Of a stretch of DNA of 64,000 nt, positions 39,165 to 49,370 are shown piece after piece. Positions within the stretch are counted from its first letter, which is position 1. The number at the start of each line of letters is the position of its first letter. The notes beneath the pieces were generated by a model. That model ran no database searches, had not been told where the DNA came from, and was given only the letters and a program-made list of their open reading frames with translations. This DNA is from Draconibacterium sp. Its GTDB lineage: Bacteria; Bacteroidota; Bacteroidia; Bacteroidales; Prolixibacteraceae. A program made the position numbers and the translations under genes. The stretch is from contig JBFFMM010000001.1 of the NCBI GenBank assembly GCA_041554075.1, forward strand, positions 816 to 64,815, read 5' to 3'.

Positions 39165-40076
39165 ATGAAAAAAATTAACGGATACGTTGCAGCACCTTTC
39201 ACACCAATGAAAGAAAACGGGGATTTAAACCTTGATTTAATTCCAAAATATGCTGACTTTTTAGTGCGAAATGGCGTTGACGGCGCTTTTGTTTGCGGAA
39301 GTACCGGCGAAGGAGCTTTGCTTTTGCGTGAAGAAAGAATGGCAGTTGCCGAAAAGTGGGTCAAAGCCAGTGGCGACAGACTGAAAGTGGTGGTTCACAC
39401 AGGTGGAGTAAATGTAAGTGAACAACAATTATTAGCTGCCCACGCACAGAAAATTGGTGCATTTGCAATCTCCGCGATGGCACCCACATTCCTCGCTCCA
39501 AAACGAACAGAAGAGTTTGTTGCGTATTGTAAAGCAGTTGCTTCGGCGGCTCCTGAATTGCCTTTTTACTATTATCACATTCCCCCATTAAATAATTTCC
39601 GCCTACCGATTAAAGATTTTTTAATTGCGGCAGAAAACGAAATTCCAACATTAGCCGGAGTAAAATATACCGATTTTAACATTTTCGAATTTGAATTGTG
39701 CCGAAAAGTTGCAAACGGAAAATACGAAATGTTGTGGGGCTTAGACGAAATGTTTCTTGATAGTCTTGCATTTGGGAACAACGGTGGAGTTGGAGGGACA
39801 TACAATCATTGCTATAGTTTGTACAAAGATATGTGTACATTTTACGCTGAAAAAGACATGGAAAAATGTGCTGCATTGCAACATAAATCGCACGAATTTT
39901 GCGAAATTCTTGGGAAGTACCGTGGTAACCTCTCGGGCGGAAAACGTATGATGAAATTTTTAGGATTAGACTGTGGCCCAAATCGTTTGCCGCTACAAAC
40001 CATTTCTGATGCTGAAGAAATAGCGATGAAAAATGATTTGGAAGCAATCGGCTTTTTTGAGTTTTGTAATCGATAA
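39165..40076 (+). CDS. nanA: N-acetylneuraminate lyase (NanL/NanA type)
   Basis: CGSTGEG, FYYYHIP, GVKYT, GG.GGTYN; PUL context. Confidence 0.88.
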   Translation: MKKINGYVAAPFTPMKENGDLNLDLIPKYADFLVRNGVDGAFVCGSTGEGALLLREERMAVAEKWVKASGDRLKVVVHTGGVNVSEQQLLAAHAQKIGAFAISAMAPTFLAPKRTEEFVAYCKAVASAAPELPFYYYHIPPLNNFRLPIKDFLIAAENEIPTLAGVKYTDFNIFEFELCRKVANGKYEMLWGLDEMFLDSLAFGNNGGVGGTYNHCYSLYKDMCTFYAEKDMEKCAALQHKSHEFCEILGKYRGNLSGGKRMMKFLGLDCGPNRLPLQTISDAEEIAMKNDLEAIGFFEFCNR

Positions 40077-40191
40077 TCAATGTCATTTAGTTAACGCTGA
40101 CAGGTCCAAGGACGCTGTCGGGTTAGTGCTAACAAGGACTTGTCAGCGTGCGAAGCTCCTGACAACGTCAACCAATACTAATTTTTAAATA

Positions 40192-42870
40192 ATGAACAAA
40201 CTAAAGCTAATCGCAATCCTTTTTTTTATATCCATTTTGGGTTTTGCTCAATCGGATTATAAAAACGATTTCAAGTGGTCGGAGAGTATCGAAATACCAC
40301 CCGGCGAAGGACAGGAAATACAACATGGACTTGCCTCGCCTTTTGCCGGAAATTCCGGCGATGTGGTAATTGTAGCCGGTGGTTGCAATTTTCCGGATAT
40401 TCCAGTTGTTGATGGTGGCGCGAAAAAGTATTACAACGATGCATTTGTTCTGGTTGAAAAAGACGGAAAACCACGCTGGTTATTCGGAATGAAAATTCCA
40501 AATGAAACGGCATACGGAGCTTCGGTAAATTTACCCGATGGATTGTTGTGTATTGGTGGAAACAATAACGACGAAACCTACAGTTCTACTTATCTTTTAA
40601 AATGGAACAAAAACAACTCGGAACTCGAAATTGAAAACTACCCCGAATTACCATTTCCTGTAACGCAAATGGGGGCGGCATTAGTCGATAATATTGTTTA
40701 TGTGGTGGGTGGTTTAGCCGATGGTAAATTGGCAAACACCTTTCTATCGCTCGATATTTCGAAAAAAGGAACCGATGAATTTAAGTGGGAAATATTGGCC
40801 GACTTTCCTGGAGTGGCACGATTGCAACCCGTTGTTGTAGCTCAAAATGGCTCCGAAGAGAAGCACCTTTATCTTTTTAGTGGTTCGAGTTTTTCTGAAA
40901 ATCAGAAAGAACCGGATGTTACAACTGATGGTTTGGAGTACAATCCAAAAACAGCGAAGTGGACTAAAATTTCAGAAATTGCGCCAAATGGTTACGAGCC
41001 ATTTTCCTTACACGGAGCTTCTGGATTTCCTTTGGGTATGAATCACATCCTATTTGTTGGAGGTGTAAATTATTATGTTTTTAACGATGCATGGCGTAAG
41101 GAACGCGAAGGAAAATTGGCAATCGAAAGTCGAGACACGGCAAGAATAAACCAATTTAAAAGTTGGAAGAGAGATTATCTTTCGCAAGAGCCGGCTTGGT
41201 ATAATTTCAATAAAGAAGTGCTGGTTTACCACACAATTACAAACAGTTGGACCGTTGGCGACGAATATCCATTTCCGGCACCGGCTGGTGCAAAAGTTGT
41301 TGCGTGGAACAACGGCTGGTTACTTATTAATGGCGAAACGATGCCCGGAATTCGTACACCAAAAGTTTATTATGGTGAATTAAAAGCCGATCCAAAGTTT
41401 GGCTGGCTAAATTGGTGTTTGCTAATTTCCTATTTAGGCGGAATGCTTTATTTGGGTTACTTTTTTATGAAAAAGGAAAACAGTACCGACGATTTCTTCA
41501 AAGGGGGAGGTCGGATTCCATGGTGGGCTGCCGGAATAAGTATATTCGCTACAATGCTTAGTGCCATTACTTTTATGGCAATTCCTGCAAAAGCCTTTGC
41601 CACAGACTGGCGCTTGTATCCCTTGGCATTTACCATATTTTTGCTGGTATTCCCGGTAATAAAATATTACCTGCCATTTTTCCGCAGACTAAAAGTAACA
41701 ACAGCGTATGAATATTTGGAAAAGCGATTTAATTATAGCGTGAGGTTATTAGCCAGTTTGCTGTTTATTATTTTTATGGTTGCACGAATGGCAATTGTCC
41801 TTTATCTCCCTTCGTTGGCATTAGCTGCTGTAACAGGAATTGACATTTTCATATGTATTGGGTTAATGGGAGTAATTACCGTTATTTATTGTACAATGGG
41901 AGGAATTGAAGCGGTGGTTTGGGGCGATGTAATTCAAGGGTTTGTATTGTTGGGTGGAGCTATTCTTTCCGCAATTTTTCTGGTTATGGGAACAGAAGGA
42001 GGTTTCTCAGGTGTTATAGATATTAGTGCTCAATATCATAAAATGAAAATTTTTGACTTTGCTTTTGATTTTACACAAGCAACCATTTGGGTGATTATTA
42101 TTGGTGGATTAGCGAATAATCTAATTTCATATAGTTCAGATCAGGCGGTTATTCAAAGATATCTAACAACAAAGGACGAAAAATCGGCCAGAAAAAGTAT
42201 TTTATTGAATGGTGTGATGAGCATTGTAGTTTTGGTTCTTTTTTATTTTATAGGAACGGCCCTTTTTGCCTATTATAAAACAAATCCGGGCGAAATGAAT
42301 TTTGCAATGGAGAAAACAGATTCTATTTTTCCGCATTTTATTATGTCGAAAATGCCTGTTGGTATTGCTGGGATTTTGATTGCAGCAATTTTTTCCGCTA
42401 CCATGTCAACTGTTTCGTCCAGTGTAAATTCAATTTCTACTTCGTTTACAGCCGATATATATAACCGCCTGTTTCCCAAAGCAGATGATAAAAAGCAACT
42501 GTGGGTTGCACGCTGGTCTGGAATTATTTTTGGAAGTGCCGGAATTACTTTTGCTCTTTTGCTGGCAACCTGGAATATATTATCACTTTTCGACTATTTT
42601 AATTTTGTGCTGGGCTTATTAACCAGCGGATTGGGAGGATTATTTGTAATGGGAATTTTCTTCCAGAGAATTGATGGGAGAAGTGCTCTTTTAGGATTTA
42701 TTTTGGGAACAACATTTTTATTTTATGTAAATCTGAATACCAATATTTCGTTTTGGTTGTACGGAGCCATCGGAATTGTCTCTACTGTTTTAGTAGCATA
42801 TTTATCAAGTTTTATTTTTTCAAACAAAAAAGAAATTAAAGGTTTAACCTGGAAAACAATAGAGAAATAA
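40192..42870 (+). CDS. fusion of NanM-like Kelch mutarotase and sodium:solute (SiaT-like) symporter
   Basis: Signal peptide, Kelch repeats (AGGCNFP, IGG, VGG, GETMPGIRT), then SSS motifs SIFATMLSAITF, TAYEYLEKRF, DQAVIQRYL, ATMSTVSS. Confidence 0.9.
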   Translation: MNKLKLIAILFFISILGFAQSDYKNDFKWSESIEIPPGEGQEIQHGLASPFAGNSGDVVIVAGGCNFPDIPVVDGGAKKYYNDAFVLVEKDGKPRWLFGMKIPNETAYGASVNLPDGLLCIGGNNNDETYSSTYLLKWNKNNSELEIENYPELPFPVTQMGAALVDNIVYVVGGLADGKLANTFLSLDISKKGTDEFKWEILADFPGVARLQPVVVAQNGSEEKHLYLFSGSSFSENQKEPDVTTDGLEYNPKTAKWTKISEIAPNGYEPFSLHGASGFPLGMNHILFVGGVNYYVFNDAWRKEREGKLAIESRDTARINQFKSWKRDYLSQEPAWYNFNKEVLVYHTITNSWTVGDEYPFPAPAGAKVVAWNNGWLLINGETMPGIRTPKVYYGELKADPKFGWLNWCLLISYLGGMLYLGYFFMKKENSTDDFFKGGGRIPWWAAGISIFATMLSAITFMAIPAKAFATDWRLYPLAFTIFLLVFPVIKYYLPFFRRLKVTTAYEYLEKRFNYSVRLLASLLFIIFMVARMAIVLYLPSLALAAVTGIDIFICIGLMGVITVIYCTMGGIEAVVWGDVIQGFVLLGGAILSAIFLVMGTEGGFSGVIDISAQYHKMKIFDFAFDFTQATIWVIIIGGLANNLISYSSDQAVIQRYLTTKDEKSARKSILLNGVMSIVVLVLFYFIGTALFAYYKTNPGEMNFAMEKTDSIFPHFIMSKMPVGIAGILIAAIFSATMSTVSSSVNSISTSFTADIYNRLFPKADDKKQLWVARWSGIIFGSAGITFALLLATWNILSLFDYFNFVLGLLTSGLGGLFVMGIFFQRIDGRSALLGFILGTTFLFYVNLNTNISFWLYGAIGIVSTVLVAYLSSFIFSNKKEIKGLTWKTIEK

Positions 42871-42880
42871 AGTGTTTGTT

Positions 42881-42935
42881 ACCCCCAGTTTGAGCAGGAA
42901 GCCCGCTTGACGGGCTGAAGCGAGAACGGGGGGTA
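42881..42935. repeat. intergenic palindromic element
   Basis: ACCCCC...AGCCCG-CTTGA-CGGGCT...GGGGGGTA. Confidence 0.45.
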
Positions 42936-42962
42936 AATACAAAATATAATAAACTACATATC

Positions 42963-44135
42963 ATGAATAAACAAACCATACAAAATTACCTTGAAACTTA
43001 TAAAACAGGTTTACTTGAAAATATTATCCCTTTCTGGACAAAACACTGTATCGATTGGGAAGATGGTGGTTTTACTTTCTGTCTTAACCGCGATGGTTCG
43101 GTAATCGACACTGACAAAGGTGTGTGGCAAACCGGTCGTTTTACGTGGATGATTTTGACCATGTATAACGAAGTGGAGAAAAAAGAGGAATGGCTGAAAA
43201 TTGGCAAACACGGCATCGATTTCCTCGAGAAACAATGCTACGACGAAAACGGTAAAATGTATTTTATTGTTGACAAAAAAGGCGACCCAATTCGTATGCG
43301 TCGTTATGTTTTTTCTGAATCGTTTGCTGCAATTGCGTACGCCGCTTATTATAAGGCTACCGGAATTGAGAGGTATAAAACCAAAGCAAAAGAAGCTTTC
43401 GATACCTTTTTACGCTACAATACCATGCCGGGATTAATTCTTCCAAAATTCACCGAAAACCGTAAAATGCGGGGAATGGGTGGTCCAATGATTGGAATTG
43501 TTACGGCACAGGAATTACGTAAAAATTTGGGTGATGAATCGTACACCGAGCAAATTACCAACTGGATTTATGAAATTCAAAAGTACTTTTTGAACCAAGA
43601 GTACAAAGCAGTAATGGAAGTAGTTGGTCCAAACGGCGAATTCATCGACCATTTTGATGGGCGCTGTTTAAACCCCGGACATGCCATTGAAGGTGCCTGG
43701 TTTATTTTGCAAGAAGCCAGACGGCGCAACAACGACCCGAAATTAATTAAGCTTGGAACTACCATGCTCGACTGGATGTGGGAAATTGGCTGGGACAAAG
43801 AATACGGTGGAATGCTTTATTTCAAAGATGTGAAAGGTTTGCCGGTGCAGGAATACTGGCACGACATGAAATTTTGGTGGCCCCACAACGAAACCGTAAT
43901 TGCAACAATAATGGCTTACGAACTTACCGGCGATGAAAAATACGCCGAAATGCACAAACAAGTCCACGACTGGACATTCAAACACTTCCCCGACAAAGAG
44001 CACGGCGAATGGTACGGCTACCTCCACCGCGATGGCCGCATTTCTGTGTCTTTAAAAGGAAACATCTGGAAGGGGCCATTCCACATTCCAAGAATGTATT
44101 TAATGGCTTGGAAGAGCTGCGAAAGAATGTTGTAA
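42963..44135 (+). CDS. nanE: AGE-family N-acylglucosamine 2-epimerase (Bacteroides-type NanE)
   Basis: GGFTFCL.RDG...DTDK.VWQ.GR, NPGHAIEGAWF, KFWWPHNE, KGPFHIPR. Confidence 0.9.
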   Translation: MNKQTIQNYLETYKTGLLENIIPFWTKHCIDWEDGGFTFCLNRDGSVIDTDKGVWQTGRFTWMILTMYNEVEKKEEWLKIGKHGIDFLEKQCYDENGKMYFIVDKKGDPIRMRRYVFSESFAAIAYAAYYKATGIERYKTKAKEAFDTFLRYNTMPGLILPKFTENRKMRGMGGPMIGIVTAQELRKNLGDESYTEQITNWIYEIQKYFLNQEYKAVMEVVGPNGEFIDHFDGRCLNPGHAIEGAWFILQEARRRNNDPKLIKLGTTMLDWMWEIGWDKEYGGMLYFKDVKGLPVQEYWHDMKFWWPHNETVIATIMAYELTGDEKYAEMHKQVHDWTFKHFPDKEHGEWYGYLHRDGRISVSLKGNIWKGPFHIPRMYLMAWKSCERML

Positions 44136-44478
44136 AAATAAATCTAAATGATGAAAGGCATAAGAGTAGGTGCAATTTTTATGCTGTTAACGAATTATAA
44201 CGAGAACCTTCTATTCCATTAATAGAACTTATGAACTTCTTAAAAATATAGATTGCCTTCGTATGAAAGTAAATAGGAATGCTATTTCTTACGCAAAGCC
44301 TGGTAGCCGGGCATAGAATTCTTACTTAATTCACGAACACGGATACTTATATCCTGCTGAATGGCTTTTTCTTTTGAAAATAAATTGTATTGATTATTGA
44401 TTATTGATAAAACGTATATTAATAGAAAGAAAAAATGAAGGCTAAAAACAACAATCAATTTAACGAAAAAACAGACAT

Positions 44479-46317
44479 ATGGCAGCTGTAGGAAAGATTA
44501 AGAAACAGGAGAAAGAGGAAGTGGTTAAATGTACTAAGCTTTTCGAAATTGCATGGGAAGTTTGTAACCAGGTGGGCGGAATTTATACCGTTATTCGTTC
44601 GAAAGTTCCTTCGGTGATTAAAAAATGGGGGGTAAACGATTATTGTCTTATTGGTCCTTACATTGAAGATCAGGTAGCTGCACATTTCGATCCGGCGAGG
44701 GATTATTCAACTCCAACAGGTAAAGCAGTTTTAGAAATGCAATCGCGCGGTTTCGATGTGCATTATGGTCAGTGGATTGTTTCGGGTAGGCCCAATGTGG
44801 TACTTTTTAATCCGTATTCAGTATACGATAAATTAGGCGATATTAAATACGAGTTATTTAACGATTATCATATTTCGATTCCTGAAGGTGACGAATTGTT
44901 GGACAAGGTAGTAGCATTTGGTTTTCAAGTAAAAGAATTTTTCCATTATTTATGTACAGGTGGTTTTTGCGAAAATAATATTATTGCGCATTTTCACGAG
45001 TGGATGGCAGGTCTTCCTATTCCAGGAATACGCAAATCGAACCTAAATGTAAAAACGGTTTTTACTACGCACGCTACTATACTTGGTCGTTATTTGGCCA
45101 TGAATGATACGGCGTTTTACGAGCACCTTCCATTTTACGAATGGGAAAAGGAAGCCGATAGGTTTAATGTTCGGCCAATTGCCGAAATTGAACGTGCAGC
45201 GGCACATGGAGCACATGTATTTACAACCGTAAGTGAGGTCACTGCTCAGGAATGTACACATTTGCTTGGGCGCACGCCTGATATGCTTTTGCCAAACGGG
45301 CTAAACATTAAACGATTTGAGGCTTTGCACCAAATACAAAATCAACATGTTGAGGTAAAAGATAAAATTCACGAATTTGTAATGGGCCACTTTTTCCAAA
45401 GTTACCCGTTTGATTTGGATAAAACACTCTACTTTTTCACATCGGGGAGGTACGAATATCAGAATAAAGGTTACGATTTAACGCTTGAGGCTTTGGCCCG
45501 TTTAAATTGGAAATTGCAACAAACAGGTTCAGATATGACAGTGGTTATGTTTTTTATTACCAAACGACCCTTTCATTCATTTAATCCCGAGGTGCTTGAG
45601 TCACGCGTTGATATTGAAGATGTACACCGTGCAGTTAATGAAATAAAAGAACAGGTTGGAAAACGTTTGTACACCGAAATTACATCAGCAGCTGATGGCT
45701 ATGAATTTCCTAAATTACGTGATATGGTGGATGACTATTTGCGTTTGAAATTGCGCAGAAATGTGCAATGTTGGAAAACAAAGAATTTGCCCAAAGTAGT
45801 TACTCATATATTAGTTGACGATGCCAAAGATGAGATTTTAACTTTTCTTCGCTCGTCGAACTTGGTAAATAATCAGCACGATAAAGTGAAGATTGTATAT
45901 CACCCCGACTTTATTTCTACAACCAATCCGCTGTTTAAAATGGATTATACGCATTTTGTGCGTGGTTGCCATTTGGGAATATTCCCAAGTATGTACGAAC
46001 CTTGGGGATATACTCCATTGGAATGTTTGGCTAGCGGATTGCCTTCGGTAACAAGTAATTTGGCGGGTTTTGGCGATTATGTAGTAAATAATATACCCGA
46101 TCACGAAGAGAAGGGAATGTACATTATCGAACGTAATAATGGTAATTTTAACAGTGCTGCCGAAGAATTGGCAAACATCATGTTTAAATGTGTACAGATG
46201 ACAGGACGCGACCGTATTTCTTTACGCTACAAGTGCGAAGAAGCTTCCTTGCATTTCGACTGGTCGAATTTGGGGAGATTCTACGACGAGGCTTACAAAG
46301 CTGCTCTCGAACGTTAA
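44479..46317 (+). CDS. GT3-family glycogen synthase
   Basis: FEIAWEVCNQVGGIYTV, HFHEW, GRYEY.NKG.D, RGCHLGIFPS.YEPWGYTP.EC. Confidence 0.95.
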   Translation: MAAVGKIKKQEKEEVVKCTKLFEIAWEVCNQVGGIYTVIRSKVPSVIKKWGVNDYCLIGPYIEDQVAAHFDPARDYSTPTGKAVLEMQSRGFDVHYGQWIVSGRPNVVLFNPYSVYDKLGDIKYELFNDYHISIPEGDELLDKVVAFGFQVKEFFHYLCTGGFCENNIIAHFHEWMAGLPIPGIRKSNLNVKTVFTTHATILGRYLAMNDTAFYEHLPFYEWEKEADRFNVRPIAEIERAAAHGAHVFTTVSEVTAQECTHLLGRTPDMLLPNGLNIKRFEALHQIQNQHVEVKDKIHEFVMGHFFQSYPFDLDKTLYFFTSGRYEYQNKGYDLTLEALARLNWKLQQTGSDMTVVMFFITKRPFHSFNPEVLESRVDIEDVHRAVNEIKEQVGKRLYTEITSAADGYEFPKLRDMVDDYLRLKLRRNVQCWKTKNLPKVVTHILVDDAKDEILTFLRSSNLVNNQHDKVKIVYHPDFISTTNPLFKMDYTHFVRGCHLGIFPSMYEPWGYTPLECLASGLPSVTSNLAGFGDYVVNNIPDHEEKGMYIIERNNGNFNSAAEELANIMFKCVQMTGRDRISLRYKCEEASLHFDWSNLGRFYDEAYKAALER

Positions 46318-46520
46318 TCACCCACTCACAGCGATAAAGAAACCGGGCTTATAGATGCGAACCATCTAAAATTAAGTAACTTTATAAACAAGACTTCTAA
46401 GAGTGCATTAGCGCTATTAACTCCATTAGTTTATTAATTAATGGAGAAGAAAAGTTCAAAACACTGATTGAGATCTTAAGTCAGGCTTAACATCATATCC
46501 ACCTTTATTAACCACATGTA

Positions 46521-47798
46521 ATGACCGAAAAAGAAACTAATTTTGCCAAATTCCTTGAAGATTGGCTACTGAACCATCTCCAGATCGATTCGAATCAGGC
46601 CCAGTTACTGAAAATGGTAATTCTGATTTTAGTTGCCGGGCTTATTGCAGTCTTCCTATGGAAAATAGCCCAACTTATAATCAATAAATTCATTCGTAGG
46701 GTGGAAAGATGTGTATCTGCCCAATGGAGCAATGTACTCTTAAAAGGTGCTTTTGCAAAGTTGCCGCACATTATTCCAGCAATCTACATTACAGGTGCTT
46801 TACCGTTTATTTTTTCAGATTACCCAACTTGGGTTCCCGCTATTAATGCCCTTAGTTCGGCTTACATATCATTGGTTGTGATTCGGATCATTAGTTCTGC
46901 AATTTCAGCTTCTTACGTTTACTTTAGTACATCCAGCAAATTTAAAGATAGGCCCATTGCCAGTTTTACGCAGCTTGCCAAAATCATTGTTTGGACAATA
47001 GGTACTATTTTCATACTTTCTATTTTCATTGATAGTAACCCACTGGCGCTTTTTGGGGCGCTTGGTGCTGTATCCGCTGTAATACTTTTTATCTTTAAGG
47101 ATACCATCCTTGGATTTATTGCCAGTGTACAGCTTACTGTTAATGATATGGTCCGAATTGGCGATTGGGTTTCAGTTCCCAAGTATGGTGCCGATGGAGA
47201 TGTAATAGGGATTTCTCTCACTACAATTAAAGTTAGTAATTGGGATAAAACCATAACTACAGTTCCAACATACTCTTTTGTAAGCGATAGTTTCAAAAAT
47301 TGGCGAGGAATGCAGGAAAGCGGGGGGAGAAGGATAAAACGGTCCATAAATATAAAGATATCTTCGGTACGATTTTGTGACGACGAGATGCTCGAACGCT
47401 ATGCCAAAATCGAACTGGTCAGGGAACATATCGAACAAAGAAGTGATGACATCTTGACCTACAATACTGAAAAGAACGTAAATACAGAGACGTCCATCGT
47501 AAACGGCCGCAGGATGACCAACATAGGTATATTTCGAACATATATTTTAAATATGCTCAAAAACAATCCAAATATCAATCATGATATGACACACATGACC
47601 AGACAGTTAGAACCCACTGAAACAGGCATCCCCATCGAAATATACTGTTTCTCCCGCATTAAAACATGGATAGAGTACGAGGGGATTCAATCCGACATTT
47701 TTGATCATATAATGGCAGCCGCTAGGCATTTTGATCTTGAAATATTTGAAAGTCCGACTGGTTCAGATTTGCAGAGATTGGTTTTTAAAAGTACATAA
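46521..47798 (+). CDS. MscS-family mechanosensitive channel (YbdG-like)
   Basis: FKDTILGFIAS, MVRIGDW, K..NWDKTI, SFKNWRGM..SGGRRIKR, TNIG.FR.Y. Confidence 0.93.
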   Translation: MTEKETNFAKFLEDWLLNHLQIDSNQAQLLKMVILILVAGLIAVFLWKIAQLIINKFIRRVERCVSAQWSNVLLKGAFAKLPHIIPAIYITGALPFIFSDYPTWVPAINALSSAYISLVVIRIISSAISASYVYFSTSSKFKDRPIASFTQLAKIIVWTIGTIFILSIFIDSNPLALFGALGAVSAVILFIFKDTILGFIASVQLTVNDMVRIGDWVSVPKYGADGDVIGISLTTIKVSNWDKTITTVPTYSFVSDSFKNWRGMQESGGRRIKRSINIKISSVRFCDDEMLERYAKIELVREHIEQRSDDILTYNTEKNVNTETSIVNGRRMTNIGIFRTYILNMLKNNPNINHDMTHMTRQLEPTETGIPIEIYCFSRIKTWIEYEGIQSDIFDHIMAAARHFDLEIFESPTGSDLQRLVFKST

Positions 47799-48173
47799 TG
47801 ATACCTATTGTGCCCTAACAAGAGGGGATACTTGTGCCTTGTTGAAGACGGTTTGATACGATGCAAGGCACTGCAACATAAATATCATTGTGTAAATCGT
47901 CTCTGAATGAATAAGTGAATAAACCATTTTTATAAATAGTAGTGGTGATCAGACTCTTGGTTAAGAATAACCTAAAAAAATAACAAAAAAATGTACTAAG
48001 TCTTTTATCTTTCAGTTGTAAAAGGTAAGAAATGGGTTTCAAATTCGATCCAACAAAGCAGATTGTAAAATCACTGAAAATTAAGCTACTCGAACATAAA
48101 ATATGCTGTTCCCAAATTGGCTTTCATTGAATCATTTGCTAATTTTATCTATTAATAGTCTTAAAATAAAAAT

Positions 48174-49313
48174 ATGAAAAAACTAGAAAAAATATTGGTC
48201 CCCGTTGATGTCAACACAGGATTTAAAGAGCAGCTAAATACAGCAATTAAAATTGCACAGTCGTATAATTCCGAAATAGTACTCTTGTACGTAATTTCAG
48301 CAGAAGTTAAGAATGATGAATTAAAAGAGATATTATTTAACGCCATTTCTGTTTCGTTGAACAAGGCTAGAGAAACAGTCAATAAAATGGGGGTAATAAC
48401 CAACAAACCGATAATTGAATATGGCAAACCAGTTGATAAAATACTTAAAATAGCCATTAAGGAGGATGTTAGCCTAATTGTTATGGGTGCGGGAAACCGG
48501 ACAGGAAAAGAAAAATGCAAATTGGGAAACAACATCGAGAAACTAATCAGGCACTCGGATATACCTGTGTGGGGCGTTAAAGCAAACGAGGAGGTGAGAA
48601 TAACAAATATTCTGTGCCCGGTTGATTTTTCCAACCCTTCGCGGCACGCACTTAAAAATGCCATTTTGTTGTCAAAACAATTTAAGGCTTCATTAAGGAT
48701 TTTAGGAGTTGTTGAACCCCTTTCAAGTAATTCGCCAAGATTGAAAGTGGACTGGGAAAAGGAAAATACTTATTTATTAAGGCAGCTTGAGAAAGAAATG
48801 GGAGAATTTGTCGAGGAATTTGATTTAAAGGAGGTAAACCACAAAATAGAGTTCCAAACCGGAATTGTTCATGAAAAAATATTAAGCACAATTAAAGCAC
48901 ACACCCACGATTTATTGATAATGGGCACAACCGGGCGTTCGGGATTACAACGGGTGCTGTTGGGAAGTGTTGCTGAAAAAGTAACCCGCGAAATACCGTG
49001 TTCCTTTATAACGGTAAAATCACGAGATATTATTCAGTTACGATTCGATAATGAAGTCAAGGAGATAGAATACCATTTTAAAAATGCCAACGAATTGGTT
49101 GATAAAGGAATTTATGAAGAAGCAATTAACCAGTATAAGATTTGCGTTCAAATTAACAATATGTATATACCCGCAATTTATAAACTTGCAGAAGTACACC
49201 GAAAAATTGATAATAGTGCAAAAGCAAACTATTACGACAACATGGCCAAAAAATTACTTGCTAGGCTGTGGGATGAAAAAATTGAGCAAGAAATCAGAAA
49301 TTATTATAAATAA
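48174..49313 (+). CDS. tandem universal stress protein with C-terminal TPR-like extension
   Basis: ILVPVD, ILCPVDFS, MGTTGRSG...LLGSVAEKV; tail ANELVDKGIYEEAINQYK. Confidence 0.88.
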   Translation: MKKLEKILVPVDVNTGFKEQLNTAIKIAQSYNSEIVLLYVISAEVKNDELKEILFNAISVSLNKARETVNKMGVITNKPIIEYGKPVDKILKIAIKEDVSLIVMGAGNRTGKEKCKLGNNIEKLIRHSDIPVWGVKANEEVRITNILCPVDFSNPSRHALKNAILLSKQFKASLRILGVVEPLSSNSPRLKVDWEKENTYLLRQLEKEMGEFVEEFDLKEVNHKIEFQTGIVHEKILSTIKAHTHDLLIMGTTGRSGLQRVLLGSVAEKVTREIPCSFITVKSRDIIQLRFDNEVKEIEYHFKNANELVDKGIYEEAINQYKICVQINNMYIPAIYKLAEVHRKIDNSAKANYYDNMAKKLLARLWDEKIEQEIRNYYK

Positions 49314-49370
49314 TGCGAAATACCGGATTAAATGTTAGAGTGATCATTTTGCTCTCCTCTACGTTTAATC

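Noticed and set aside
40078-40170. CAATGTCATTTAGTTAAC plus CTGACA/TGTCAG hairpins as an IS4 end or structured RNA
   Set aside because: No partner end or transposase; most likely a degenerate intergenic palindrome
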